Shown piece by piece: positions 51,176-64,000 of a stretch of DNA of 64,000 nucleotides. Under the pieces are notes generated by a model. That model had not been told where the DNA came from. It saw only the letters and a list, made by a program, of their open reading frames with translations, and searched no databases. Location: contig JBNZDD010013692.1 in NCBI GenBank assembly GCA_050575255.1, positions 3,473,379 through 3,537,378 of the forward strand. Reading direction: 5' to 3'. Position numbers and translations under genes: made by a program. The stretch's first letter is position 1; each line of letters begins with the position of its first letter. The stretch is from Harriotta raleighana. Its lineage: Eukaryota.

Positions 51176-53843
51176 TATTCCTCCTACTGTATCAGTGTTA
51201 GGAGAATGGGGGATGCACCATATCTCCTTCCACTATGTCTCTTTCTGGTTTTTGAACAGCTCTCCTGTTGAGAATAATTGTACAGTAGATATATTTACTT
51301 AAACTTCAGAAAGCCAGAAACTAAGAAGCAATTTAAAAAACAATCTTGCAAGTAATTACTAATTTGTTGGTACTTGACTGAAGCAGACTGGTGTCACAAG
51401 AGACAGAAGCTAAGTGCAGTAAAATACCTCGAAGGGTCTTTTCAGAAAAGCCTGTTATTGAGTCTAGATCAATAAAAGATTTGGTAAGATTCACTGGACT
51501 CGGCAAATGTAACCTCTCTCAGCTTAAAACAAAAATGACCAATGAAGACCTGGTGGCTGTAAGTAAGACCAAAGCGTGTATTGAGAGGGTTCCAAGCACC
51601 ATATGCTCTTCCTTTATCCCAGCAGGCAAGTGCATTGTATGCAGTCTTAATAGGCTTTGTTCACTGTATTACACAGGGAAGATTAAAGATCAAAACCAAG
51701 CTACTTAAACGCTGTAAACTAATTAGTTTGCTGCATTGTTTTCTTAGGGATCATGAGATATGAAACATCTGCATCAGTGCGTGAAATATACTCTGCCTCA
51801 ATGCCTTTTCAATTTATTTTTGGTTACTGTCATGAAAAGGAGCCAGAAAAAGGGGTCCTGATCCTATATAGTGATTGAACCTGACATCTTGTCATCTCAC
51901 GGTTGACATGGAAGGCCTTTATAATACCCATGTATAAATACCAGCTTCATTTTACACTATACGAGGTTACATTGCAGAAATGATGTCATGACAAGACCCA
52001 AAGGAATTCCTTTTGTTGTGCGGAGCTGCCTGGCACACATGATGGCTGTTCATTGCTGGGGCTTGGCTGAAATGACAGAGCGTTAATTAGGTTCCCAGGA
52101 ACAATGAGAAAGTGGGGACAGATGTTTGACATGCTATCATTTTAGGATATTCTAATGGCTTTCACCTTTTCAAACAGAGAGATTGCAATTTGCAACTAAG
52201 TCCTGACTGCCAGTTTCGACAGGTACTCTGTATATCTCGGCATGACTATGGGAAAGCGGTGAGAAAGTTTGATTCCTGACAGGTCGAAGGCTTGGTACAG
52301 CAGTTATAAATATGCCCCACCTGTTTTTGCAATATAAATACCGATCTTTGGAATGTTCAGAGCCTTTCCATAGTCACATTCATGTATTATTAGAAGAACA
52401 AATGATTGATAAGACTTAGTCATGAAGGGATATAGGTTGGTGACATCCCAGTCATCTTAAATAGTTCATTTGAACTGCTTAGTGAGCATGAATGCAAATC
52501 AATGTTTAACACAGGAGATGGCAAGTCTACAGGACTGATATGAATTTTTCAATGTCTTTGATGAATATTGCTGCACAACAACAATGTGCAATTGTATAAC
52601 ACCCTTCATGTAGGTAACATTTATAGGGTAGTATTTTGATGCTGAACGGGGGGGTGGGGAGGGGGAAGTTGCCTTAGACATTTTCAAAAATGTAGGATAA
52701 TAATACTAATAATAATATAATCCTTGCATTTGATATAGTGTAGTGACTGTGCACTTGGTTTACACAACTAGTGTAATAAATCTCAATGTCTCTAAACAAA
52801 CCTAATTTGTGCTTTGAGCATCAACCTGATGTGCAGCTCTTTTAACCAAATACCATTACATCTGTCATGCGATTGAACCCATTTGCATTGATCTAGGGTT
52901 GCAAACCACAATAAGAGTTCACTGATTCAGGGATAGCACTGTGCTCGCACACATATGTAAAGATTAGTGAACTTTAACCAAAGTTCACACTCCATAAAAG
53001 AAAAGTCAGAATCCTTTCAATTTTGTGGTGAGAGCCTGCACTGTGCTGTGGCCGAATGATTCATTTCTGAACAGAATCGAAGCCAAAGCTGCAAATCAAC
53101 ATGGTGTAGCAGTGTCTTGTCATTGTTTTTTAAGCAGGCAAATCAAATTCTAATTACAGCAGTAATAAGCAGGGCAGGATTTACTGCGGCTTACACTGAG
53201 AACTCATGCTGATCATTGCCAATGGTACTTCTTGACACTGTTATTTGATAAATTGTAATCTTAAGTTTCATCATGGTTTCAGTTCTAATACTTTATGTGG
53301 TACAGTACTTGGATTTACTCTGCATACCACAAAAAATATCACAGTTATTACACTTTGCAGGACATTCTAGGAAGTGCTTTGAAAAGTCCTCCCAATATGA
53401 AATGCAAGGAGTATTGTTATTGTTATTCATTGGTGGATGGACAACCTTACAAATCTCAGTTTTGGAGTGCCAGTGCATGTAATGGGAGCAAGTTTACTTA
53501 CAATTAAGCCCAATTACAATTCGGATGTTGAGGGGGTAGAAGGGGAGGGATCATAAAATTATAACGAACGAATGTTAGCATGTGAAGTGATCGACAGTGT
53601 TCACTGTCACCACACAAGCTAACAAAAACTTCCTGTGGGAAGTTGGTAATTTTTGTAGTGTGTGTGGAAAGCCAGCAGCTGGTTTGACATGAATTGTCCA
53701 GCTTTCTGGACATGTAGCGGATGTAGTATAAATGTCAGGGTCCACACTCTAATCAAGCTAGAAGCAAACCCATTATAAAAGATTTCCTTTGTACCAAAAT
53801 TTGACTTGGTCACGGAATAGTGTCTTTTAGAATGATGCTAGTA

Positions 53844-54453
53844 CAGTAAAAGCTCATTTATCCGTGACTCAATGAACCAGAAAACCCGTTGAACCAGGAA
53901 CCTAAAAAAAAGTCCCGATTCAATAAACCGGAAATTATCCAGCAGAATAGTGACGATGCATTTAATGAATCGATTGTCACACGCGAGTACTGGTGCAGGT
54001 ATTTCAGCTGGCCACTCGTCGAGCCTAAACTCGCTCCTGCCGTTTTTTTTAAAAAAGTCGAGCTGCCGTTTTCTTTTCCTCCCATGGCCACCATTGCAGA
54101 AGTTAAGTATAAATAATAAAGTATTCCTACAATATTTTGTTTATCATAGTATCTGTTATTAGTGTATTTAGTCTATTATTTATATAGTATTGTTCAACAT
54201 TTACAATAAAGTAGCGATACAATATTCTGTTATTATAGTATCTGTTATTACTATATTTACTCTATTATTTATATGGTAGTGTACAACATTACAATAAAAT
54301 ACCCATACTATATTGTTATTATCTGTTATTATTTAGTGTATTATTAATATGCTATGTGTCAAAAAAAAAAATTGGGAAACCCTGTTAAACCAGAAAACCG
54401 TTTAACCGCCACTGGCTAGGTCCCGTGGGTGCCGGATAAACAGGCTTTTACTG
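53844..54453. mobile_element. Non-autonomous Tc1/mariner-pogo (Tigger-like) MITE, 610 bp
   Basis: TA flanks at 53842-53843 and 54454-54455. ~25-bp imperfect TIRs CAGTAAAAGCTCATTTATCCGTGAC and GTGCCGGATAAACAGGCTTTTACTG. No transposase. Confidence 0.9.
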
Positions 54454-56609
54454 TATAAAGTGAACCAGCATTGAAATGTAAACAAAGGTTTTAAAAAATG
54501 TTGTTTTTGAAATGCCATAATTTGCAAAGCAGAGAGTGGTATTTGGTGCTGTGGGCTAGATTAAAGGTTGCTGCAAGTGACTTTAGATGCATCCATTTAA
54601 CAAATGTGTGTGTGTGTGTAGGGAGGGGTTGTGGGAGTATAGCTAGCAATAGGACACCACAGGCAAAAAAATCATTCAATTCAATATCACCAGGGACCAC
54701 ATTCATATTGAATGTACCATTTTTCACCCCACGACGTGAGCTGTTTAACTTAAGCTGGAATTGGTTAAAACAAATCAAATAATGAAAAAACAAAGAGCAA
54801 AGAATCTAAATGTTCTTTTCTTTTACAACATGAAGAAGTCAACTTGTAGTCAGCAACAAAGAGTGGAGTCGGAATTTAAAGGGGCTCACAGGGAGAGTTG
54901 GAAGTGTGCGCGCATAAAGGCCTACATCAATAGAAAAGCAATGGGGAAGGAGAGAAGGTCAGCTCAGTACAGTCACAAATGGCAACAAAAGTAGAAATCT
55001 GCTCTGATTTTTACAATGAGAATGCTTTTTAGAGAATTTCAAAACAGTGCTCTCTGTGTTCCAGCTTTCATATGAAAATTAAGCTATTGAACCATTCACG
55101 TCCCATTTGCTTTCTTTGGTGATGTAAAAGAGCCACTCTGCCTGCAAACATGAATTTCTGGCTTGCACGATTATTATTGTTTCAGCCTTTTTGAAGTGCT
55201 AATGACAGTATTTGTTGTGCTAAACACATGGCGTTTATGTTTATTCAGCAGGGTAAAGGCTGAAATCAGATCTTTTCCAGATAGACTGACTATGCACTTT
55301 ATATCGAGTTTATAGAGGGAGCAAAAGAAGAATGAATTACGTGAATGCTTCAAAGCCACTCTATTCTCAGCGTTGGGGGGTGGGAGGGGAGAGAATACAG
55401 TGAAACATTAGAATTGATTAAAAAAAGCTAGCGCAGGCTGAATGTTTGAAATGGATAAAAGCAGAGTTAAAATAATCATGAGCCCAAAATATTTCTGTTC
55501 ACAAAAAACTGATGGGAATTTGGCCATTTTTCAAATCCCAGATAATAAACGCACGGGGGTGGTGGTTGAGTCCTACATGTATAAATTCCCCAGAATATTA
55601 ATTTATTCACATCTCTCCACTATTTACACATGAGATAAAACATTCCACCTGGGTCTGCAGATTTACCCTATTTTTATAACTTTTCATAATTCTTAGATTA
55701 AATTCTTAAATTTGAAGCTGGTTTTCTGTACATTCATTGAAAGGTAAAGTAGCCTCAAAAGACGAAATTTAGCAATTTGCCAAATTTCACACACTCTGAA
55801 ATGCTACATAATTCAGAGTACATGGACTCAGGTGGAATTTCTCCTCTTATCTTGTTTCCTTTGCCAGACAACATACCTGACTTCCTCTCCCCAAAACCCC
55901 ATCCCCCAGCATCAATGAAACCATTGTGATCCATGCAGTAATCATCTCAGTTTGCATACAAAAGCGCCTCCAATACCGACCTGAAGCAGAGTCTTATTCC
56001 AGATGTGCCTATACCATTTTATTGCAAGAGCTGGATGAATTTTCACTATACTCGCCAGCCAGGTGTTTCGGGTAATGTGAGAAAATCCCAACACAATACA
56101 ACATGTCAGTATAGCTGACCCATGAAAATCAGCAAACCGAAATCGCAGCACAACTTTCTACAGATTCATTACCAAGTTTTGAGTGTTTAGAACACTGCCA
56201 AGACTTTTGAAAGACCCCTGCAGTGGACCACCTAGGTATATTAATTCCTCGGTTGCTATGTATTTATACCCATAACGCACTCAAATGTTAATGCACAGGG
56301 TAAAAATATGACTGAAACTCAGCATTAAGTCACCAGTCTCCATGTTATGTGCTGTGATTTTTTTAAAAAATGCACAAAGTATTTTATTGACAATTTGGTT
56401 GTGATTTTGCAGCCTGTTAGCTATTGGCTAATAATTCCTGAAATAAATTGGGTCATTCACCACATAGTTTTCTGAGGGACATCAGTACATGCAAAATGGA
56501 TGACTACTTTGCTTACTAAACAACCACTATACTTGACAGTAAATACGAAAAGCGTTTTGAGATGTTTTGATGTGGTAAGCTACAATAAAAATACAAGTAA
56601 CAATTAACA

Positions 56610-56910
56610 ATAATAATCCTACTGAAATTCATGTTACGACGATGTCTCAAAGCGCTTCACAGAATATACTGTAAAGTGAATTGACTGTACATTTGTGGGC
56701 AAAATGCAGCAGCCATTGCGCACATCAGTGTCCCACAAACAGTTGTGGATTGAAATGACTAATTTATTATCGATTTTTTGGGGACGGATTATTATTGTGG
56801 CATGTGGAGTAAGGAAACTCTCCCAAGATTTCGCCCTGCACCTGCCTGGATTCGAAACACAAGTCTCATGTTTGTAAGGCGAGTGCTCTAACCTCTGAGC
56901 TACAGGACTC
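56610..56910 (-). mobile_element. Near full-length tRNA-derived SINE with L2-type tail
   Basis: Head GGAGTCCTGTAGCTCAGAGGTTAGAGC (A box) and GTTTCGAATCC (B box). Body GGGACACTGATGTGCGCAATGGCTGC, tail TGTGAAGCGCTTTGAGAC. Confidence 0.9.
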
Positions 56911-59900
56911 CAAAGAGCACTATGTTCCAAACATTTATGTCTTAAAGATAAAGTGGAAAAAATACTCTTAAAGATGCAATTATGATAGTCAATGCAGTCA
57001 TTTGGTCAGATTTTGTTGTCGTCTCAACAGAAATATTAGTTCATTTGGGTACATAGTAAGTGGAAAGAGATGCTGGATGTTTTACTTCAGTCTCATTGTA
57101 TCTGGTTTCACTAGATCCCAGGTCCTCTGCAGTACTATAAAAACATAAACGACACTATATCTTGAATGACTATAAAAAACATACAGTAGCGCAATTGATA
57201 TCTCAGAAAATACATGATCCAGAAGTCCAATACCAAGGACTCAGCCTCATGGCCATCACCATTGAGTTTTGTCAGGGGAATGAATCCACCTGCAAACATT
57301 CAATGCGATACTGTAAACACAAACCTAACCCCAAACTGACCCAAAGGTAAACGCTCAATCAAAGGGCAGCACATTAGGAATAAAAATCTCACAAGATTTA
57401 ATAAATGTGGAAGAGACTTGATGGACTGAATGGCCTCCTCCTGTTCTCTTACGTTCCTATATAGTTATATATTATGTATTATTTCCTATATATTGTTTCA
57501 CTCATTAAGAAAGGGAGAAGTTAGTATGTGTGTGTGTGTGATGTTGGAAAAAGTTTAAATTCTTCACAATAAGAATGGTATTGACCAAATCCTCCTTCCT
57601 CCAATTCATTGCCCCTGTGATATTGCTGAGTCTGCAGTAATTACATCTTTGTTCAAGGACGTATGCTCTGACCCCATTGTGTGCTGTATCTTCTGCATAA
57701 CGACTTGAACTTGAAACCATATCTTTGAAATACACCCTTTCTAAACAGAATTTTGTTGTTGCAAAGCATTTTTAAAAGGTACAAGAGCATCACAGACCAC
57801 ACAAGATCACAATCTGATACAGGATCAGACGACAGATTGTCGCATCTACTGGAACTGAACTACAGTGCAGTTTATTTATTTGCAAAATCTATAATTGCAA
57901 AAAAAAAGTATTTATTTGCTCCAAGTCTCCTGTGCACAAAAATATTTTATACAGTAATAACCCAGCAGTTTATTGTACGGATATTTGCACAGGGATTTCC
58001 AGTCTCAAAGCACGATTTCCTACTCATAATACCAATACTTGCATTTATTTTATTTAATACCTGATTGCATCTCGAAGGACTTCACCTAGGTTAATTTGAA
58101 GTGATTGTTCTGTTAGCATTTAACAAAAATCAGCTCTGTCCCTGTGACTCTGTGACTAAACCCAAAACCTCAGGGGCAATCAACACAAGTTAATGTTTTG
58201 GCCGAGGAAAGTGTGGTTTTCAGCCCCGTTTGACAGATAAACACTGGGAAAGCGAAAGTAAACGAAGATAGTAATCTAGGGCCCAAAGTGGGACTGTTGT
58301 CTAAAAAAAAGTCCAACTCGGGCCTTGGTGGAGCATTCCACTTAACCTGAGAGATGAGCCACCTGCTGGTATTCCTGAAATGGGTTCCTTAAATAGGTCC
58401 CAGGACCAGTTTAGGAATAATGCAAATTTGACCCATACTAACCTCTTGAGGTTTATTACAGCACCGCTGCTTCCACTGAAGATATTGTACATGTATTTCA
58501 AGCTCAATTGACTAACACCTTGATCTACAAGGTACATCTCAAATTATATTTAGTAAACAATGCAAGACCATATCAAGATCCATCATCTTATCACAGTATT
58601 GTATCATCTTATCACAGTATTACAAAATCTCAGGTATACTACTGGTTGGTAAAGTTATATAAAGATTGTTTCAGAAATGGGTTACAACAACTTACACTCA
58701 TATATAACACAACAAAATTACATTTGTATTGCACTTTTCACATTGGGAGGACCACCCAGAGAGCTGGAAAAAAAAGTTAGTGTCCTTCATGTAGAATAAA
58801 TGTTTCAAAGCTCTGATACTATTGATCTATATAGCCCAGACTAATGTCATTTTGGGGATTTACCTTCTGAGATTTTAAATTGGTTCAGAAGAATTTTAAA
58901 AAAATATTGCATTAAACCAATTTTAAGAAATTTTCTCAGATCCATCCAGTCTGTGCTGAGTTAGTTGTGTTTTTTCCCCACACAAATATCAGTAGGCATG
59001 TATGTGCGGAGGAGGATAGGAGATTACATATGCAGACTAAAGGCTATGCTGGAATAACTTGCTTGGAAATTATTGGTAAATCTGTTTAAAGTCAGATGGT
59101 TAAAATCGTGGCAAACTCTGGTCGGGTTCCCAGTTCCTTTTATTTTGCCAATTCCTTCTCGACTGTTGCAGCTGCCGAGTGATCCCAATCGATAATGGCT
59201 CAGGCGATAACCACTGAGCAGTTATTGACTACAGAATCATTACTTTTCAGCTGAACGCCATGCACAGACACGTCCACATTACACAGCGGTTAGTCAGCCG
59301 CTCCCATTATCTCACACTCACTCGATTGATGAATCAGGGAAACATCTTTTGCTGCAGGTTTAAATTTGCCAATTCTCTCTTTACTCCTCGCTTAAAGGTG
59401 CTGACTCATGCTATGATGCAGTACCATGGGCGCTGGACATCCTCCAGTGCCCTCAGTGCTTAATATTCATGTGAGAGCATTCAGAGTTTATCCTGGAAAG
59501 CCATTTAACCAACAACAAGAAAATTACACTTCAGGAGGACGTCTCATGGCGCTGGTCACAGCTCGCCCGATTTTCTCCTCACCCGAAGTTCATACACTCA
59601 CCTTCCAGCAAGGAACAGAATGTTTCCCTTTGTGACCATGGAGTATTAAGTTCAATTATAGCACCCAAACTCAAGTAACTTAAAATCAGTCCAGGATTCA
59701 ATCTGCAACACCCTGTCTTGTACAGCAGTAACTTTACATCGGTAACTTTACTGCTTTTTGGTAATATGGGAGTTTAAAGCAGTTTTCTTCCAAAGTAACC
59801 ACATTTCAGTTGGAGAAATGTTAAAGGGAATTTCAATGAAAAGCCAGGCTTATACTCTCTTGAAACAAAATCTTGTAGAGACGTTAAAGAGTCACTGGGG

Positions 59901-62900
59901 TCTCTTATGTGTCATGGGTGAACTATGTGTTCAGCCATGGGAACTTCAGGTCCCCTTATATATGCAATTAACAATAAATAATAATAATAATAATTCTTGC
60001 ATTTGATACAGTGCCTTTCGTGACAGGAGGAAATCTCAAAGCACTTCACATGATTTACTGCAAAGTGTAGTGACTGTCTATTTTGTAGTTGAATGCTAAT
60101 GACAATGGTTGGATAATTAATTATATTATTAACATCACAGTATTAATTCCATACATATGAATTTATGCATCATTTTACACAACTTTATATTTTAGATTCC
60201 AACAAACAGCAAGGTTTTTAAGACGTGCTAAGATTAAACTGAACAAGTTTGTAATAAAGGCAGTGTCCGGTGCTGTGGAAAGCTGCCAGGGTGGTGTGAC
60301 AGCAGATTCAAGGCCAGACTATTCCAGGAAAAGGACATGCTTTATAAAGTCCCTCACTTGAAGCATCAATTCTTTTACCGTGAGAAACAGCCATCTCTGT
60401 GATTCTCATGCATTAAAGTGGGTCTTATTTTGATCACAACCACCCTTTCCTCCATTTGCTCTCCTCCCTTTCCCATATCTATATTTTCCTCTACAGTGCT
60501 AGTGATGGTGATGGGGCGGGAGCGGTATGAAGACAATTCTACAGATTCCATCAATGCCACACCTTGACTGAGATGTTAAGAACTGTGTGTGATGGGATTG
60601 TCCCCAAGGCATCTCCCCCATCCACATGGCAGAACTGAGAATGGTCAAATGAAGCCTCCAGGCAAAGGCTTGATTGTGAACCACAGAAAGAGTGGGAGTC
60701 AGATGCCTTTTCCGCCCTTATTCTTCAGCATTCTGGGGCAGCTAGTTTTCTACAAACCTGTTAACTGTACCTAGCAATATACTGTATGACTATTAGGGTG
60801 GAGCAGAGTTGGTGTACTTCTGTATAAAATTTTTAAAAAGATGTGAAAGACTACCACAGAGAGTCACAATTATCCTATTAAAAGGATTGACAGGGCCCTG
60901 GCAGATAATATCATGGTAATCCTACACTGATCAATAATTCTGGCAATCTTTGCGTGATGCAATTGTGTAATAAAGACAATTACTGCTATCTGCAATCATC
61001 ATCTGGGGCAGAGTCTGAAGTGCATGTTGTGGTTTTTTCAAGCAGGTGTATTGGACGTTTTTAAAAGGAAGATATGCTATCAAGCATACTATCAAGCATA
61101 CACACCCCACAGTTCTGTCACATACACATCCTAGGATATGCACGTCCTATAATTCTGTCATATGCAGGAATCATGGCAGGTGGCCAGGCTGCTTTTAGTT
61201 TTAGGTCAATGTAACAAGCTGTGTCCATGATACTTTTACCCACTGCACTCTCAGAGACATCACCAGCAACAGGTCATGTTACATATCTGAGCCCATCCCC
61301 CATGTTACATTCATACATCCATCTGAACACAAAAATGTGCCGACACATGGGAGAAAAAGTGAATATATCTTGTATACTGAATCTCAATGATACTGTCATC
61401 TGAGCTGTTACATTGCAAATCTTTGTAAATAATGTGCCATTCATGCACTGAAGCAACAGCTGTGAGATTCATGTTCCTCATGACTAACATACTGTAAATC
61501 AAAGCATCAACAATGTGCAATACATTGATATATATTATTTTTAACTAGTTTTCTCGTGATATGTTGAGAATAGTTTCATAGAAAAGAAGGAATGCAAGTG
61601 GATTTACATCATTTCTGTCTCTTTCAATGTGGATTAGATGAGCCTGGGAATACAAACTCCCAACAGTATACAGTATTTTGTTCAATTGAGAAGTTTTGGA
61701 GAAGAGCCAAGTCCCATAGTGCCAGGGACCAGCAAGGTGATAGAGTTAGAGAGAAAAATAAGATAAATTAAGAAATGGTTAGCTGACCTCAGATGTGGGT
61801 TTTAAACCCATAGATCACAAGATCAAGATAGACTTGGATGCAGAAGGCTCTTCGGTTTGTTTCATCCCATCCTTTCATGATAACATCCTCCCATCACAGC
61901 ACCAAAACTGTTGTTTTTAAAAACTCAAACATCTTGGCTTCAATCCCCCTTCTTGGTAACCAAGTCAGTCCAATCATTAATTATCCTCTTGGTAAATAAT
62001 TACTGCTGATTGTCTGTCCTCTTTACGGGCCCATTAGCAAAGACTGCTTTCAAGACTGGTGATGAGCCCAGATTGATCGTACGGTGTGGGAAGGAGTAAG
62101 GAAAGGAATGGGTAAAGACTTGTCTGGAGTATAAACACCAGCACGGATTGGTTGGCCCAAATGGCCTGCGTCCACGCTGTACATTCTTCGTAAATCTCTG
62201 AATACTATCAATCTAGTGCACGGGCAAGTCGCTAGATTGGCTGCCTTTACATCAGCCTAGCTAATTTGAGTGTTTGTCAAAGGCAAACTGAGTTAAGTTA
62301 GCAAGGCTGATGGCAAACAAGACAGTTTCATGTAGAAAATCTTGCAAACATTCTGTAACGTTCCACTGGATTCGAGACCCAGGAGTTCCCAGTGATAGTG
62401 AGAGATTAATGAATCCCTAGGAGTGATTACAAGGCAGTAAACTAACCAAGATGTCAGAAACTCAAAGAGCAAAGATCGAGCAGTTTATAATAGTCATCTG
62501 AGCCATGAGATTAAATTACTACTTTGCAATCATTCCCTGGTATCCCTTTATTTGAATAGTATATGTGGTTTTAATATTCTGCGTGCCTTTAGTCATTAAA
62601 TTCTGAAAGTGTTTTTGTGCTTTAGGTTGGACCGCAAATGTCAAGAGGACTCTTGTGTCTGTGATGCACGATGACATTCTCACACCAGGATTAACGACTG
62701 TGACATTATCACTGTGGTTTTAATCGAGAAATAGTCTTACTGGGTGGGAGATTTGGTGTCTGCCACATCCTGTATTACTGCTCAACTCCCAGCTCGTTCA
62801 GCACCATTTCTTCAGTTCAGCACCTTTCTCTGGGACTCTACTTTTCAAAGGCACTTGTATTATAAATTATTGCCAATTCACAAATATTTTACGGTGAATC

Positions 62901-62944
62901 TCTTCTCTTCTTCTCCCACCCACCCACCCATGTCTAGTTTCATC

Positions 62945-63290
62945 TCTTACCCCTCCACTCTCAAAGTTGGTGACTCATGTTTAGTGGCTACAAACTTGGC
63001 AACAGTCTTCCGCTTCCTTGCCCAAGTATCATCTTTCATGTGCACATCTTCAACTGTTAGTGTTTGCAGGCTGTTTGATTTAGAGGAGCGAGGAATGAGG
63101 AGAACACAGCGATCAAGCCTGATCCTATCCTTACCTGATCTGACATTTACATATAAGATCTACCAATGGGATAACAAAGCAGTGCGATTCTACCCTCTCC
63201 CTTGCCTGGGGACACTGTGGCCAAGTGCAGTGCCCCAGACAAGATCAGCTAACTCAGAACAGACCAGAGAAAAGCCTGCATCTTCCTGAA
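62945..63290 (-). mobile_element. AmnSINE2-like SINE copy
   Basis: AGATCAGCTAACTCAGAACAGACCAG, AGCCTGATCCTATCCTTACCTGAT and CTTGCCCAAGT..TTCATGTG align in order with the 29.3-29.7 kb copy. Confidence 0.6.
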
Positions 63291-63299
63291 CGCACTACA

Positions 63300-63800
63300 G
63301 CACATATATGCAACAAAAATGCTATTTAATGAGCTTTCATTGATAATAATAATCCTTGCATTTGATAAAGCGCTTTTCACATCTTATCGACGTCCCAAAG
63401 CGCTTCACAGAATATACTGTAAAGTATATACTGAATTGACTGTATATTTGTGGGGGGGATATACTGACAGCTTCAACATTTCCTGTTTGAAAAGAGTATA
63501 AAGATTTTATCCGATTCCTGAAATGTCCCTTGAAGCACACCTTTCTCCTTCCCTCNGCACATATATGCAACAAAAATGCTATTTAATGAGCTTTCATTGA
63601 TAATAATAATCCTTGCATTTGATAAAGCGCTTTTCACATCTTATCGACGTCCCAAAGCGCTTCACAGAATATACTGTAAAGTATATACTGAATTGACTGT
63701 ATATTTGTGGGGGGATATACTGACAGCTTCAACATTTCCTGTTTGAAAAGAGTATAAAGATTTTATCCGATTCCTGAAATGTCCCTTGAAGCACACCTTT
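63300..63800. repeat. ~245-bp direct duplication around N63556, probable assembly overlap
   Basis: 63300-63544 is nearly identical to 63557-63800, differing in a G-run length. Confidence 0.85.
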
Positions 63801-64000
63801 AGCAGTGTTCACTATTGCTATCATTCTGGATGTTTTTTTCCTCCCCATGTGCTTAACAAGCTAAGAAATGTTGGTGCTGAGAAATATATTACTTACCAAA
63901 TTGTGCACACAGTGTCTGTGTGATATCCTTCCAGGTCAGATAAGAGCATTGCTGGAAGGAGAGGAAAGATCTTTCTTCTCCGATCAACATCCCACTTGAG

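Larger units (their letters stand above)
25956..64000 (-). other. efna5: Part of efna5 intron 1 (exon 1 not found in window)
   Basis: I saw no sequence encoding a signal peptide plus the YAVYWNSSNP-like segment. EFNA5 orthologues have a very large first intron. Confidence 0.8.

Noticed and set aside
56840-56910. Possible tRNA gene
   Set aside because: A and B boxes are present, but the sequence continues into a SINE body and tail and lacks a proper acceptor stem.
58582-58621. Short tandem microduplications (also near 40153, 42775 and 61077)
   Set aside because: Ordinary 12-21 bp slippage-type duplications with no further structure.
62797-62830. Two TTCAGCACC REST half-sites
   Set aside because: The GGACAG right half is missing, so this is more simply a short local duplication.
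62744-63289. 181-aa ORF
   Set aside because: Mostly the antisense reading of a SINE relic, with no recognisable domain.
1-64000. Novel multi-gene system, CRISPR array, operon or intact transposase/RT gene
   Set aside because: The window is a single spliced vertebrate gene plus decayed repeats. I saw no regularly spaced repeat-spacer array and no long intact ORF.

Overview
Vertebrate genomic DNA, not prokaryotic. The repeat content (CR1/HER1-type tails, Deu-domain SINEs, L2) points to a cartilaginous fish; this is inference. The only protein-coding gene I can support is ephrin-A5 (efna5) on the minus strand. Coding exons 2-5 are at 25663-25955 (293 bp), 10448-10513 (66 bp), 9987-10067 (81 bp) and 5176-5297 (122 bp, to the TAG stop). 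All have GT-AG boundaries and join in frame. I did not find exon 1, so 25956-64000 is probably part of a large intron 1. A probable ~4 kb 3'UTR runs leftward from 5175. The rest is intron containing decayed CR1 and L2 LINE 3' ends, several tRNA-derived SINE families, two copies of a TA-flanked Tigger-like MITE, microsatellites, and direct duplications beside single N characters that look like assembly artefacts. I found no convincing new biological system. The best leads are an Rbfox-motif cluster beside the in-frame skippable exon 4, a templated insertion with a 14-bp duplication, an ancient SINE relic in the 3'UTR, and several motif-dense candidate enhancers. Repeat family names come from recalled consensus similarity, and repeat boundaries are approximate.
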